From: Lepidodermella squamata
Taxonomy: Eukaryota > Animalia > Gastrotricha
Length of the DNA: 64,000 bases
Assembly: GCA_047495785.1 (NCBI GenBank)
Contig: JBLDXI010000032.1
Span: 4,402,001-4,466,000 of the forward strand
Reading direction: 5' to 3'
Below the pieces are notes generated by a model, which saw nothing but the letters and a program-made list of their open reading frames with translations, ran no database searches and had not been told where the DNA came from. Of this stretch, positions 37,793-50,583 are shown piece after piece. The translations under genes and the position numbers were made by a program. Within the stretch, counting starts at the first letter, position 1, and the number at the start of each line of letters is the position of its first letter.

Positions 37793-39360
37793 GTGTTAGG
37801 CCTGCGAAAAAATCTAGAATTTTTTCTGCGTCGAGCCACTGGTCGAGCGCCGCGAAAATCAGGTTACAATGCCGTACAGTTGACAGGGTTTCGAGGAAAG
37901 ATGATAGATCGAATCTACTCTGGCCAGTGGCGGAAAAATTTGCGCTGCATTCTGAGTTGAAGCCCTGAGTTTTTTCAGACCCTCGCCTTGTGTTCGCAGC
38001 TCCGAAGCCATTGGCGCACCCCTTAGAACCTAACGAGAGTTTACGGTACAATGTTTACGCTCGCACCTCCCAGTGCACATTCAACGGCGCCCGCGCTTTT
38101 TTTCGGCCAACTTGATGGCTATCTAAACTCGGTGACTCGTGGAGTGTTAATCGTGACCACCTGTAATGTGTCTATCAGTCGCGATTAGTCGTGTGTAGTC
38201 TTGGAAACTTGAACAAAGGAATGCGGTCACCGGCCACCAACATAAAAAAAAATCGCCGGCATTAACACAGAGATACACACACACACATACACACAAGTTA
38301 AGAAAGATGGATGCATAAGTAGTTTAGTTTATAGACTAATTAGTTTCTTCTACATAGCCTATACGGAAAAGCTATAATCTTATTCATGTCAAGTCTGGCT
38401 AGATGCATGGACGCTTTTCATCAATTCGTCATATCGTTTTTTTCCATAGACAAGAGGCTATCTATTTTGATTAAAAAAAAGCAAATATAGACAGCTTTTA
38501 TTGTCGATGAAATAAATAATCGAAGTTCAAAACGATAGTATTTCAACGTAGTGAAGTTCCGACGCCGATCATACAGCCTGCTCATCGAGCCTCTTGTTGT
38601 CAACAGCAATATGAATAATTGGATAAGAGAAAGTTAACCGATGTTGTTTTTCTATGCAGGCCCTGCTTCTAATTCTAGCAGAGCCAAATCCGAACCGAAA
38701 GTGGAATGATCAGTTAGTATGCGTCTCGTCCACAGTTTTCGAATTTCCGGGTTCATGGTTAGGTCCAGTTCGGAAGTTGTGCGGGATTTTCCGTGTATAA
38801 GGCCTCATCATGACATTGAGAACAATGCGTAATCATTATTCGATACACTTATTCGAAAAAATAACCCAAGGCTGCATCTGGTGCGGAATTGTTGGATTTT
38901 GGCACACCAAACGGTTTTGGTTTTCCGCCATAGGTAATTTTATCGCAATTGGCTACAATTACTCCGGGAAAAGGTAATCTGGTGATACATGAAGCTGCTT
39001 CTCTTGCATCAAAATACAAAAATTCCAAACTTGTTCATGCCTTGTCTTTTATTTGATGATTTTTTCTTTTCTTTCTCGAAATCATTTGCATGTTGATCTC
39101 ATTTTGTTGACATTTTTGTGTTGTAGAGACACAAGCCGGCAGTCGGCATCAGTTAATTAATCGATCGAAGAAAAGATGAGGTAGAGAAAAAACAGAGAAA
39201 AAACAGATCAGGCGCGGAAAAATAAGGGACGAATCGGATGATAATATTATATTACCGTCGAGTAAATAACACCATCAAAACCCGAAAGCAAACACAATGG
39301 ACGTGTTAAGAGGTGACGAGAGACAGGGGTAGAAAGAGACAAGGAATCAGCGCCGACTCT

Positions 39361-40432
39361 TCAGAAGAAGAAGCCGCGGCCATAGCCAAGGCCGTGGACA
39401 CCGTTGTTGCCCCAGTTCCAGCCGTTGCGAGCATAGCCAAAGCCAGGGTAGCCGAAGCCGAAACCGTTGCCATAGCCGTTGCCGTAGCCCAATCCGTAGC
39501 CGTGGCCGACGAGGCCAGCACCGAAGTTGTTAGCCTGACCAGCGTTAGCACCGAATCCAGTAGCCTGGGCGCCAGAAGCCTGACCGCCGACGAAGTTGCC
39601 GAAGCCACCGAAGCCAAGACCAGCACGGCCAGCTTAGGAATAATCGATTCAGATTAATTATTGACTCGAAAAAGAGAGTTTTCGGAAACTTACCACCAGC
39701 ACCGTAGGCTCCGAAGCCAAGACCATGACCAAGGCCAAGACCGACACCGCTGTTGTAGCCAAGACCAGCATGACCAGCACCGAAGCCATTTCCGTAGCCG
39801 AGGCCGTAGCCGCCGAATCCGTGACCACCGAAGCCAGCGAAGCCACCGTAGTAGGGAGCATAGCTGACCTGAGGAGCAACCTGCTGTTGCTGAGCAGCAG
39901 CGTGGTTGGCACCCTGAGCGGCAGCCTGGTTGAAGCCCTGAGCACCACCAGCTTGGTGAGCACCCTGTTGGCCAGCAGCCTGGGCAGCGCCGAAGTGGCC
40001 AGCGGCACCCTGGGATCCCTGAGAGCCCTGGGCGCCCTGAGCACCACCGTAGGCGAATCCGTTGTCGTAGTCACCAGCGGCCTGCTCGGCGGCAGCGGAG
40101 GTGCGCTCCGAGGCGGCGAGGAGGGAAGCGGCGTGGTCGTAACGGCCAGCAGCCTGCTGGGCATCGGCGTGCTGAGCACCCTGACCGAAAGCGCCGGCAT
40201 GGTGAGATCCCTGAGAGCCCTGAGCGTGTTGACCGGCAGCAGCCTGAGCGGCAGCCTGGTGGCCGGCGGCTCCAGCGGATCCCTGGCCGAAATGAGCTCC
40301 ACCGTTAGCAGCACCCTGGGATCCCCAAGCGCCATTGGCAGCACCAGCTGCACCTCCGAATCCGCCGAACGCTGGGACGAAACCAGCGTTGGCTACGGCC
40401 AAGACTGTTGCCAAGACAGCGGCGGTGTACAT
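39361..40432 (-). CDS. Secreted core-family protein D (His-enriched), ends GRGFFF
   Basis: Exons 40432-39694 and 39632-39361. Signal peptide MYTAAVLATVLAVANA. Conserved core. Confidence 0.9.
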
Positions 40433-41710
40433 TTCTGTATAAAATAAATGGTTAGGTATGTATATTCAAGAGATCATTAAAGTAAGCGGGTCGAACCTTT
40501 CTTGAAGGAATGTATAGTGAGTTGAGTCGAGAAGGCAAATGTGACTTGAGAGGATGGCCGCGGTTGGCTGGCCTTTTATAGCCGGCCAGTCGAGCGGCAG
40601 TGCACAAGCCGTCGCAAGTCAGAGCCGAAGCCGCGCCAAGGGCTCAGCTGTGTCACTTCCAAACAACACAACTCGAGTCGAATTACCTCGCACATCAAGC
40701 ACATTCGAAAATTTGATCCACAGCCACACCGTTCAATCAAATTACGCCAAACAATAGCCAATTTTCAGCCCAGAATTAACCGAAGTGACGAGGTTTTTTT
40801 ATTTCAGATGTTGTCAACAGTGACAGCCATGCGATTTTTTCGAGCAGATACGGCCAATGTACCGCGGAACGCACCGAAAAGCGATTCTCATCGGCGACTA
40901 CGGTGAGCAAGTGTGAAAACAACAAGGCTGTTATTTTGGTAATACGCGGCGAGTAATAGGCACAACACAGCGCGCGCAGTGGATCAACTATTTTTTATTG
41001 CCTTGTTGTTTGTAATTGAAACAGCCTGACGAGCAGTCGAAATTGCGCGCGTGTGCACCTTGTCAATGCGAGACATGTTTTTAGCCTATGCATTTTGCAT
41101 GCATGAGGCAAGTGCGAAATTTAGTTTTTCGTTTTTTGTTTATCAACAAATGTAGAAAAGGTTGTAGGTATTATATGTATATTGTGTGAGACGCTTCGTA
41201 AGGACAAGCGCTACACCCTTGGGATAAGCGCTGTTACATCTATTAGCACCTTACAGCCCAGTGCGACACGAAATCTTGAACGCGTCGAGTGCGATACATA
41301 AAAGTTGTATATTAAAAAGTCGAGTATATGTGATCATTGCCAAACAGAATTTATTCCTTCTTTTTGATCGCCGTTTCGGGCGAGAAAAAATACGTTCATC
41401 ATCATTTCCATGTTGATCTCATATCGTCCACAAGACACGTTCCGGTGCCGTCCAAAAAGAAAAAATGTTTTGGGACCTCAGTAAATAAAAATAGTAAGTG
41501 CATGGGAGAACATTAGGAAATCCAAGTGATCAGTGCAGAATTCATGCACTAGTGCAGAAAATCGAACGCGCTAACGTTAATGTCTTTCACATTGGCAGTG
41601 ATCGGTTAGCGGGTTGATTTGAGCGCCGGTTTTCCGCATTTCATGCATGAATCGAGTTGAAGTGCAGGAGTTGTGTTAGGGGCCTAGGGGAGTGCTGATA
41701 ATCGCGTGAT

Positions 41711-42749
41711 TTAGAAGAAGAATCCGCGGCCATAGCCGAGGCCAAGACCGTTGACGCCATTGACACCATTGAAGTTCCAGCCGTTGTTTCCGTAGCCGAA
41801 ACCAGCACGGTTGACACCGTTGAGGCCATTGAGACCGTAGCCCCAGCCAAGACCGTTGCCCCAGCCAAGACCAGCGTTGTTAGCCTGACCAGCGTTGGCA
41901 CCGAAGCCAGTAGCCTGAGCACCAGAGACGCGGTTGCCGACGAGGCCAGCGCCAAGACCGTAACCGGCGACGTTACCAGCACCAATGCCAGCTAAAGGTA
42001 GAATTATATTTAGCTACCATTCAGTGGCGATAGGTGATTCGACTTTACTTACCACCGAGGCCATAGGCACCATTGCCCCAACCGTTTCCGTAGCCCCATC
42101 CGTTACCATAGCCAAGACCACGACCAGCAAGGCCGTTGTAGCCAGCGAAGCCACCGTAGTAGGGAGCGTAGTAGACCTGGGGAGCAGCCTGGGCCTGCTG
42201 GGCAGCGGCCTGCTGGGCACCCTGGGCGGCAGCCTGGTTGAAGCCCTGAGCACCAGCGGACTGCTGGGCACCCTGTTGACCGGCAGCCTGGGCAGCAGCC
42301 TGCTGGGCAGCGGCAGCCTGGGATCCCTGAGAACCCTGGGCGCCCTGAGCACCACCGTAGGCGAATCCGTTGTCGTAGTCACCAGCGGCCTGCTCGGCGG
42401 CAGCGGAGGTGCGCTCCGAGGCGGCGAGGAGGGAAGCGGCGTGGTCGTAACGGCCAGCAGCCTGCTGGGCATCAGCGTGCTGGGCACCCTGGCCGAAAGC
42501 GGCAGCCTGTTGCGATCCCTGAGAGCCCTGAGCGTGTTGACCGGCAGCAGCCTGAGCAGCAGCCTGGGCAGCGGCAGATCCAGCAGATCCCTGACCGAAG
42601 TTGGCACCACCGTTGGCGGCACCCTGGGCACCCCAGGCACCGTTGGCAGCTCCAGCGGAGCCTCCCCAGCCTCCGAGGCCTCCGAAGTTGCCGAGGAACT
42701 GAGCGTTCGAGACGGCGAGGACGGCGCAGAAAACAGCGGCGGCGTACAT
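41711..42749 (-). CDS. Secreted core-family protein E, ends GRGFFF
   Basis: Exons 42749-42053 and 41991-41711. Signal peptide MYAAAVFCAVLAVSNA. Conserved core. Confidence 0.9.
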
Positions 42750-45600
42750 TTTCTCAAAACTGATTTGATTTAACAGAAGAAATCTTCAGTCGAATAGTTA
42801 CGTGCGCAAGGCTGCTTTTTTATACCCTCGCCCAGGTGTGAGAAAAAAACGTTCGGTCTTTCTCGAAGGATTGTTGCCACGTGCAAATAGGCCAAGTTCT
42901 GCGGTCGTCTATTCGCAGATCTGTTTATACTTCTTTGATCAATTTGTATTGTCAGGCTCTTCTTTTGCCATGCTCACGATATCCCACCCTTCCTTATCCG
43001 ATTGTTGTTCTTAAAATATGCGTGATTATTTCGGAGAATTCCGAGAGGAAATTCTGCACGAAACTTTCGAGCAGCTACGGTTGGCCGAAAAGCAATTTCC
43101 ATTTTTTACGTGGCGGTCATTTTTTGCGGCTATCGCTCTCGTTCGAGCGGCAGTCGGCTGGCGAGAGGCAGAACACCTGCTTTTTTGCTTTTATGACTGT
43201 TTAGTTTTCTCTCGCGCCATTCGCGACGATATGCTCAAGGCCTGGCTTTGTTTTATGAGCATACGTGCTTCAATGGTCGGCTGTTTCTAGGCCGCCCTCG
43301 CCATGAATGCTTCGTGCTACAATTGAAGGCGACTTCTCACTCGCACTTGTGGCCATTTTTGTAGCCGTGTGCTTGGACACGTCGCCGTTTTGCATCCAAG
43401 TTTCCCACACATCATAGTTCGAATAATCCTCAAAATAAATGTTCAAGGTCAATGCCGAGAAATTTCATCCGAGTCGCCATAAATACGATGATGGATCAAT
43501 CCACCGAGAAAACGAAAATCCGTTGTTCAGTTGCTTTCAGCTTGATCGAGTTGTACATGCAAAATCAGATATAAAAGTTACCAACCAATCGCATCAATCT
43601 TGATTGGTAATACATTGTATCTACGGTATAAAACAATTTATAAGCATTAAAAACCGGCGATCTCGCGCGCAAAATGGATTACAAATGAGTTATTTGAATG
43701 GAGATAAGGAGCCAGTTTGATGTTGAAAACTACCATGAATATAAGCTTATACAAATGTTTGGGCTCTATTGTACGTAAGCTCAAACTGAGAAAATTCGAC
43801 TCATCCATTGGACGGAGCCTATATTTACTTATTTCGCTGCTGCGCAAAGTCGGAAGACGGCCCTTGGTATAATTTGTTACGAGGGGCGTGTTAGTATTCG
43901 AAAATCACCCTCATTAGCCAAGAGCTAATAAAGAAGTTGGTGACAAGTGACAAGCAATTGATTTCGACTGCGCTTATACTGTTGGTTAGCCGAAGAAACA
44001 TTTATTGATAGATTTATCATATCAGGAAGCTTGAAACATTCATTCTTTTTAATAAAAGGTTGTATATCTTCTTATAAGCCAGAAATTGTATGCATTAAAA
44101 TAATTGCAAACGCAACCTAAGGTCACCCGTGAAGCAGTAATACCCGCAGCCTTTGTTGTGACCAACACTGGCCAACCGCTTGTAGCAATACACGCATTCT
44201 TGCTGGCCGCTCGCCGGTGCCAGTGTTAACTTTTTTGATAAGCTGAATCATCTCGAACCGGCTAACTTGGTCATGCTGGCATATTTTTCGAGCTTGCTCT
44301 CGCCAAACCTGAGGCACTAACTAAATTAGCGCAATTCAACAATTTGACATTCGTGAATGGACAATTTCATATTATATCTTATTTTTTCTCAAAAAGCACC
44401 TATAGCGGATTCTCCTTTCTAAATTCAGCGGTTCAGATTTGTGAGCAAAGAAATTGCAAATGAAATATGGATAGACAGTAGACAATATACCTATTAAGCA
44501 GAAATTATTACGAAATTATTTCTTTATCAAAAAAATCAGAATCCTAGAACATCCGCTAATTTCTTCCCGAAATATTCATACCGCTCTATTTGGCTTCAAT
44601 GAATAAAGAATAAAGCTAGTACACCTACCTAAAGTGCGACAAGGGTTCTAGAATTGTGTATAATTGATATAATTGACAAGGAAATGGTCTTCGTGGCCAA
44701 TGGTGGCAAGATGCGTGGTGTGGTCATTCGAACTTTCGTTGTTCATGGATGTGCTGAGGAATGGCTGGAGCTCTGAAGCAGGCATAATGTCACAGAGATC
44801 CCAGGGCATTAAAGAAATAAAACATACTTGAAATTCTGCAGCGTTTGGATTTCGCAATGATTTGAAGAGAATTCTTTAGTTAATTACATTACTCAATAAC
44901 ACAGCATTCGTGGCTACAGCTACATACATTCAAATTGCTTGGCAAATAATCATTTTTGCGCGCCTGGTAACTTCAGCAGGAATTATATAATCCTTTCATG
45001 ACCAAAATGTCCTCCATGGGAAATTATTTCATATACTTACTTATCGTCCTCTTATGACCATATCATAACTTCATGAAAATTGCGTGTTTCAGGGACGTGC
45101 TGGATGGCCAGCTATCAGCTTCCGGATCGGAATACTCGACGGCTAACAACTCCTTGCCTTAATATGGATTCGAAAATTGTATTACAGAATATTGCTCCCC
45201 AACCATCGAGCGATAATTCCGCTAATTGAAAGTCCACACTTTCCGCAATTTTGGTGGATTTATACGCATGGATTTTTGGGACTTTAGAGCGGAAACTAAA
45301 ATAACATCAGATATGAATAGGAAGGCGGATTTTGGGGCAAATCAACCACCCCTCGATGACTGCTGTGTACACCGATGGGTAAATCGGTGTATTATGGGTT
45401 GTGAAGTAACGAACGAATTTTGCCAACGAGCCACTTTTATTGCGGACCCTTTAATCCGAGTTTCAATGTAAAAAAATAACACTTCGCAGTCAGACGGTTC
45501 CGCGAGTATAAGCTTCCATTCCACTGTTGTTTCCTCCGAGAAAGATCGATGATAAGCAATTCGTCTATTTTATCTAGATCACTATATCAGCTTGAGTGCC

Positions 45601-46386
45601 TCAGTGGAACCTCTGGCCGAACTGGCGACCGAATCCAACGTTCCCAAAATGACCAAAACCACGGCCGAAACCCAGACCAAGACCGAGCCCGTTTCCGAAG
45701 CCATTGCCGACGGCGCCGAAAGCTCCGTAGCCAAGACCAGCGCTGTTAGCCTGACCAGCGTTGGCGCCGAAGCCAGTAGCCTGAGCACCAGAGACGCGGT
45801 TGCCGACGAGGCCAGCGCCAAGGCCGTAACCGAAGCCGCCATTGCCGATGTTGGCGACGTTACCAAAGTTGTTATTGAAGCCATTTGATGCCGCCTGGTG
45901 GCCGCCATGTGCTGCAGCGGCGTTGTGTGCACCTTCCTGGCCGGCAGCCTGGTTGGCAGCATGATGGCCAGCAGCGGCTTGAGAGCCTTGTGAGCCCTGG
46001 GCGCCCTGAGCACCACCGTGGTTGTATGACGACGAATGCTGACCAGCGGCTTGTTCAGCGCCGGCTGAGGTCCGCTCCGAGGCAGCGAGGAGGGAAGCGG
46101 CGTGGTCGTAGCGACCAGCAGCCTGCTGGGCATCGGCGTGCTGGGCACCCTGAGAGTATGCGTGAGATCCCTGAGACCCTTGTGATCCTTGCGCTTCCGA
46201 TCGATGAGCACCTGCAGCCTGCGCGTGATGACCGGCTGAACCTGCCGCCGCATTGTTCGCATGAGCGCCCGCTACAGCACTTGCATGTTGGCCATGCTGC
46301 GCATGTTGAGCCACATTCCGACCTCCAAGACCTACAGATGCGCTGGCTGCGGCAACAAGACCGCACAAAACAACTGCCTTGAACAT
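45601..46386 (-). CDS. Secreted core-family protein F (His-rich variant), ends QRFH
   Basis: Single coding exon from MFKAVVLCGLVAAASA. Conserved core with HHAQ/HHAA substitutions. Confidence 0.88.
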   Translation of the reverse strand: MFKAVVLCGLVAAASASVGLGGRNVAQHAQHGQHASAVAGAHANNAAAGSAGHHAQAAGAHRSEAQGSQGSQGSHAYSQGAQHADAQQAAGRYDHAASLLAASERTSAGAEQAAGQHSSSYNHGGAQGAQGSQGSQAAAGHHAANQAAGQEGAHNAAAAHGGHQAASNGFNNNFGNVANIGNGGFGYGLGAGLVGNRVSGAQATGFGANAGQANSAGLGYGAFGAVGNGFGNGLGLGLGFGRGFGHFGNVGFGRQFGQRFH

Positions 46387-47792
46387 TCTAACAAATAAAA
46401 CGAAGTATTGAATCGATTTGAAATGGAAAGCCTGAAAGTGCAAACCTTGCTCGTTAATTGGTTTGATTTAAAGGAGCTTTGCTCTAGACTGGTTAACTTC
46501 GGCCTTAACTTCATCATTTATATGTAGTCACAATGTTTGTTATCCTGCGAGTGTGAGTACAAGGGCCCGGTAAATTAAAGCATTCGGGAGCAAAACGTAA
46601 TTTTGATGGAACACAGTTAAGGTATAGCTTCGATGCAGTGAAGTACTTTAGATGAAAATCGGACCATCATTTATATTAATATGATGTATAGTTACTTCCT
46701 TCGATTTCCCAAAAAATGCATGTCGCAAAGCATGATGACACGATAGATGACTTAACGAGTATTTACGGTAATATGCGGGCGCCGTTGACGATCCTCAGCC
46801 GCAACAAAGCAACTCGGGGCTTGTATTTGTTGAGCTCACACTCGCTCACACGGTAGCACTGCATGCCTCGCTTTTTTCCGTGTCGGAAGTATGTGATAGC
46901 GTTGTTATGCGAGTGCTGCACTGGAAATTACCAGATTGTTTGTAAACAACAAGGTGCAAAGAACTTTGCAAATAAGTCTTGGCTGGATCTTCTTTATTAT
47001 TTTTATTACTTTATTCTTATACCATTTGTTATTTGTTATTCTTCTTTATTCTCTAACATCCACTCTCGATTTCTGCTTCTAGAATTATATAACTGTCTTT
47101 ACTCTTTATTCGTTCGCCATCAGATTTCGCCATTGAATTCTCGGATACGCCGGTTCGGGACTTTTACAGAAAAAAAATAAGAAAGAGAAAAATGTGATAA
47201 AAATGAGGAACAAAAACTAATTAACAAAAATAATGGTGAATAGTAGACATTGTATTTTCGCCAGGCCTGTAAACAATACATGCTCAGGCTGTTCAAGGTT
47301 ATCGGATTATTGCTCTAACTAATATAAGATAGTCTGAATTCATTGATTTCGGTTGCCCAAGGTTCTTTCCGCCTGAAATCTTGCGGTCAGCAGCAAGCGT
47401 CCGACATAACACAATGAGGAGCAACTGGTTATGGAAACGGTTCCGCGAACGCCGGAGGTTATTATTACCCTGGCCGCGGTCATGGCTACGTCATACTACG
47501 ACAACGTACTACGACGGCTTCTAAGCCCCGACTCTCTGCTCCACTACTGTTCTAGATCATGATCCTGTACCTACTAAATAATTATCAATTTCTTACAACT
47601 TGTTTAAAAAAGACACCGTCATTTACGATTGCCACGTGTCGAAGGTATTTATTACCTCTGCTTTTTAGCATTGACAATAAAACATTCATACACAAAAAGG
47701 GGGTGCGCGAACAACAGCAGTGTAAAAGAAGGTTGAGAAGGGGTTACGGGAAAAGGGAAGAAAGGCAGTGGTGTGATTCGATCTTCAGCTGT

Positions 47793-48794
47793 TTAGAAGA
47801 AGAATCCGCGGCCATAGCCAAGACCGTTGACGCCGTTGAGGCCATTGTTGAAGTTCCAGCCGTTGTTGGCGTAGCCGAAACCGTTGCCATAGCCAAGACC
47901 GTTGACGCCACCGACGCGGCCAGCGTTGACGCCGTTGAGGCCAGCACCGTAGAAACCAGCGTTGCCATAGCCGAGGCCAGCGTTGCCGTAGCCGAGACCA
48001 GCACCATAGCCGAGGCCAGCGCCGTAGCCGAGGCCAAGACCAGCAGTGCCGACGTTGCCGACGCGGCCAGCGTTGACACCGGTGAGGCCAACACCGTTGA
48101 GGGCAGCACCGTTGTAGCCAGCGCCGTAGTAACCGTTGTTGAAACCGTTACCGTAGCCAAGACCACGACCGGCAAGGCCGTTGTAGCCAGCGAAGCCACC
48201 GTAGTAGGGAGCGTAGTAGACCTGGGGAGCAGCCTGGGCCTGCTGGGCAGCAGCCTGCTGGGCGCCCTGAGCGGCAGCCTGGTTGAAGCCCTGAGCACCA
48301 GCGGAGTGCTGGGCACCCTGTTGACCGGCAGCCTGGGCGGCAGCCTGCTGGGCAGCGGCAGCGGCGGATCCCTGAGAGCCCTGAGCGCCCTGAGCGCCAC
48401 CGTAGGCGAATCCGTTGTCGTAGTCACCAGCGGCCTGCTCGGCGGCAGCGGAGGTGCGCTCAGAGGCAGCGAGGATGGAAGCGGCGTGGTCGTAACGGCC
48501 AGCAGCCTGCTGGGCATCGGCGTGGGTGGCACCCTTTCCGTAAGCACCGGCGAACTGGGATCCCTGGGAACCCTGAGCCTGTTGGGCAGCAGCGGCATGG
48601 CCGGCAGCCTGGTGGCCAGCAGCGCCAGCAGATCCCTGACCGAACTGAGCACCACCGTTGGCGGCACCCTGGGCGCCCCAAGCACCGTTGGCAGCACCAG
48701 CGGAACCTCCCCAACCTCCGAGGTGGCCAGCTCCGAGGAACTGGGCGTTGGCGGCAGCCGCGAAGAGAGCGCAGACAAGGGTTGCGGTGTACAT
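47793..48794 (-). CDS. Secreted core-family protein G (333 aa, single exon), ends GRGFFF
   Basis: Signal peptide MYTATLVCALFAAAANA. Conserved core. GLGYG repeats. Confidence 0.92.
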   Translation of the reverse strand: MYTATLVCALFAAAANAQFLGAGHLGGWGGSAGAANGAWGAQGAANGGAQFGQGSAGAAGHQAAGHAAAAQQAQGSQGSQFAGAYGKGATHADAQQAAGRYDHAASILAASERTSAAAEQAAGDYDNGFAYGGAQGAQGSQGSAAAAAQQAAAQAAGQQGAQHSAGAQGFNQAAAQGAQQAAAQQAQAAPQVYYAPYYGGFAGYNGLAGRGLGYGNGFNNGYYGAGYNGAALNGVGLTGVNAGRVGNVGTAGLGLGYGAGLGYGAGLGYGNAGLGYGNAGFYGAGLNGVNAGRVGGVNGLGYGNGFGYANNGWNFNNGLNGVNGLGYGRGFFF

Positions 48795-50583
48795 GGTAGT
48801 GTGGTGTATGAGGCTTGAAGAAAGAGTGATTTGAATGTTTAAGACTCTGAGTTAAGACCTGAATACATGGAAAAATTCCACCGCTTATATAGCCAGTGGC
48901 CGCGGTGTGGCCACCTTCCATACGTCTAGAAACAACCATAGGTGCTCGGAGTGGTTGTCATCGTTCGATTTACCTCGAAATAACTGTAAATGTCTTTCTT
49001 TACAATAAATTTTTAATGCTATGCTTCGAAGCATCGCCGATAGCCCAGCTCAATGTTTGCGATGCCCATGTTTATCTCCGACTAAAAACTTCATCGCGCA
49101 TTTACTCCGGCGTTGCGCCATTTAGTCGAGTTGCGACGGTAATGGGCGTTATGGTTTTTTTTTATGTGATGAGATGTTATCTGTTCGCTCATGCCCACAT
49201 ACGTGTAATTATCTTTTTGTTATATTTCAACCAATGCACGCAATGGTCATCATCACGGCTACGTGTCACTTGTTGCCTGCATTCAACCGACCACAGCATC
49301 TAAGTACTACCCAAGAAGCGCCACTGATGGGCAGCGTCGAAAAGTCTGGAAGCTTTTTCTTGCTTTTCATGGCGCAATTATGCTTGCCAAAGCCTATGGC
49401 CTGGTCTTCCTGGACATTGTCGGTTTTCGACCGTCGCAAATAATCTCCTGTTTTAAAAAATACTGCAATTATCTGCAAGTGTTGCAGTTTGTACGAATGT
49501 CATGTCAGATGTGTCAATCAGCTGCCTTTTGCAAACCATGTCGAGTAATATCGGGCGATTGGGCCATATTTTACGATTGCGGTTAAGCTCCGCTTTCTAT
49601 CCCCAAGACGTCTGGGCCCCTTGGCTCAGCTCCACGGAGAGAGAGAGGGAGAGAGAATGTTTACAATTATCGGCCGTTGAATCAAAAAACGACCACGCTA
49701 ATATAGTAATTGCTCGGATGAATTTGACATGCGTTGACTATTATGAGGACTTTTTGGAGCAAACCTACACTCCTGAGCCTTATCACGCGTTAGTTTGATC
49801 GTTGATCAATCGAACGTCTTGTGACAGCTTGTAACGGATAAAAAACGGGTTATAACCATGACAATCCAAGGGTTATTAGATTGTGCTTTTATTTTAATTC
49901 TTCACATGGCTCCGGTCATGGTTGGACTATATCTCTTAGCAGCGGCGAGAGGTGTCGAATACGGAAAGGAGCGCTAAATGTTCATTGTCGTCCAAGTGAT
50001 TTAACATTCATATCAATAGATCTACTCGTAATACAAGCCTTAGAATTCCTACACATGTGCGTGCATTCAAGAAAAAACCGTAAAAAAGGTTTGCTAGCTA
50101 GGAGGATTAAGGTAAGCCTGACTTATGACGATTAATAAACCGTTTTCATTTGGTTTTTTGTTGGTCATTTGGAAAATAATTATGAGTGAAAGTCGAGAAA
50201 GAAAGGCGATGAATCAGGAATTTGACCGCCTTAACAAAAAGTTAAAGTTAAAGTTAAGTGACCTATTCTGTCACAATTTTGCACAATTTTTTCGGGGCCA
50301 GATTTAGGCTAACCTAAGGCTTCCCAGTCCGAGAGTCCGGAGGATTCGATGAATGCATCGCAACTTTTCATCATTCATCTCCCAGCATTACAGAGCCGAA
50401 TATAAAACGTCGACAAAAACTCAGTTATTTCTGAACGTGCCATTTGTGTCATCTTTATTTTATCAGTCATCGTCACATTTTGTAAAAGTCTTTCCAATAA
50501 GGGTATACACATGAGGTTATCTATGAGTCTATATCTATATTTCACCCTGACCAGCCACGCTAATTAACATGAGATGCTGAATC

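Noticed and set aside
38273-38295. (CA)n microsatellite; also (GCA)n near 63430-63460
   Set aside because: Ordinary short simple repeats.
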